Positions 35,825 to 37,187 of a DNA stretch of 37,187 nt are shown here, one piece after another (the stretch's first letter is position 1; the number at the start of each line of letters is the position of its first letter). Made by a program: the position numbers and the translations under genes. Location of the stretch: contig NC_069005.1 in the NCBI RefSeq assembly GCF_001194135.2, forward strand, positions 32,223,074 through 32,260,260, read 5' to 3'. The DNA is from Octopus bimaculoides. Lineage: Eukaryota. The notes below the pieces were generated by a model. That model had not been told where the DNA came from. It did no database searches and saw only the letters and a list, made by a program, of their open reading frames with translations.

Positions 35825-36726
35825 GATTTAGATGTTATATTTGACAATTATAATTTCAGACAGCTTTGCGCCAACAAACACACACACACACATACACACA
35901 CACACAAGCATACATGTTTGCGCACCCACACACACACACACATATATATATGTCTCTATGTAATGTATGTATGTATATTGTGTTTATTGCACACTGATGC
36001 ATTGTGTTGTAATGTTTGTGTCTGTGTTGCCCCTGTGGCCGATAAGCTACTGCTACTAGTTCTGCTGCTGCTGCTTCTCGTTACCGTCATGCTTTTCTAN
36101 NNNNNNNNNNNNNNNNNNNNNNNNNNNNNNNNNNNNNNNNNNNNNNNNNNNNNNNNNNNNNNNNNNNNNNNNNNNNNNNNNNNNNNNNNNNNNNNNNNNN
36201 NNNNNNNNNNNNNNNNNNNNNNNNNNNNNNNNNNNNNNNNNNNNNNNNNNNNNNNNNNNNNNNNNNNNNNNNNNNNNNNNNNNNNNNNNNNNNNNNNNNN
36301 NNNNNNNNNNNNNNNNNNNNNNNNNNNNNNNNGTTAAAAGAGAAACACCTATCGATGCCTTGCACACTTACACACTCTCTCTTTCTCTCTCTCTCTCTCT
36401 TCTCCACACAGAGCTCTATCTGTCGTCAGCTTCCACGCACACACACAGCTCTGTCTGTTTTTAGTTCTCTCCCTCTCTCTCTCTGTCTGTCTTAGCTACA
36501 CAACTCTGTCTCTCTGTGTGTGTGTCTCTCTCTCTCTGTCTTTCTCTCTCTGAATCTCTTTCTCTCTCTGTTTCTCTATCTATCTCTGTCTCTCTCTACT
36601 TATATACAAAACCTTAGTAGATGGCGACGATGCTGCTGGATGTCGATTTGCAGAGAAGACATTGCAAAGCTATATGGCTTCGAATAATGTGAAACAAGAA
36701 CAACAACAACAACAATAATAAAGGAT

Positions 36727-36760
<34 letters not shown>

Positions 36761-37136
36761 CGCACATCTCAGAAATGCTAAACATCTCGGTTTTATCTCA
36801 CACCTTGGTAGTTATGGTGGAAATTTTGTGTGGGAAGCGGTGATCGTTCTCCTACTATGTAAGTTTACACACACACACGTATGTGCATACGTGTGTGTGT
36901 GTGTGTGTGTTTGAATGTCATGAATAAAAATCACCTTTTTTGAAGAATTAGTACGCAAGTGCGCTAAGGTTTCTGTCATATGCACACACACGTGTGTTTG
37001 TGAATATGTATGTGTATGTATATATATATATATATATGTGTGTGTGCGTGTGTGTGTGTGTATTTTATGGTTCAGTTTTTTTAAAAATCTTTTGAAGAGT
37101 TTGAACTTGGTGTATAGCTAAGAATTTTGTCATATG

Positions 37137-37187
<51 letters not shown>

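Larger units (their letters stand above)
738..36332. other. Assembly gaps (N) at 738-1448, 2108-2308, 7349-7729, 8591-9260, 16443-16452, 20553-21157, 24367-24758, 30394-30671, 33009-33381, 36100-36332
   Basis: Direct inspection. Several gaps abut (TA)n or (CA)n tracts. Confidence 1.

Noticed and set aside
656-36407. Long ORFs made mostly of X in the ORF track
   Set aside because: They exist only because N runs contain no stop codons.
36611-36720. ATGGCGACG… / DGDDAAGCRFAEK… as a downstream exon
   Set aside because: The acceptor is weak, the frames close within about 25-35 codons in a (CAA)n tract, and there is no donor.
1-37187. CRISPR array, operon or prokaryotic defence system
   Set aside because: There are no regularly spaced repeat-spacer units and no dense ORFs. 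The DNA is clearly eukaryotic and repeat-rich.

Overview
AT-rich, microsatellite-dense animal genomic DNA with ten N gaps (about 3.85 kb, roughly 10%). The SINE and MITE families look like those I recall from octopus genomes, so a cephalopod origin is likely, but this is inference. No complete protein-coding gene is present, and almost every ORF in the supplied track is an artefact of N runs, simple repeats or SINEs. Supported features: (1) a probable first coding exon of a secreted or membrane protein on + at 31155-31239, missed by the ORF track (signal peptide, Kozak context, CAG|GTAAGT donor); (2) a near full-length, mutated U2 snRNA copy on - at about 29387-29579 that replaces the middle of a SINE; (3) relics of three different Tc1/mariner-superfamily transposases and one RTE-type LINE; (4) many copies of at least four SINE-like families; (5) several short near-perfect foldback elements. 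I did not find a novel biological system that I can support. The best leads are the U2-in-SINE foldback just upstream of the gene, the hairpins, and a decayed ORF with weak SF2-helicase-like motifs.
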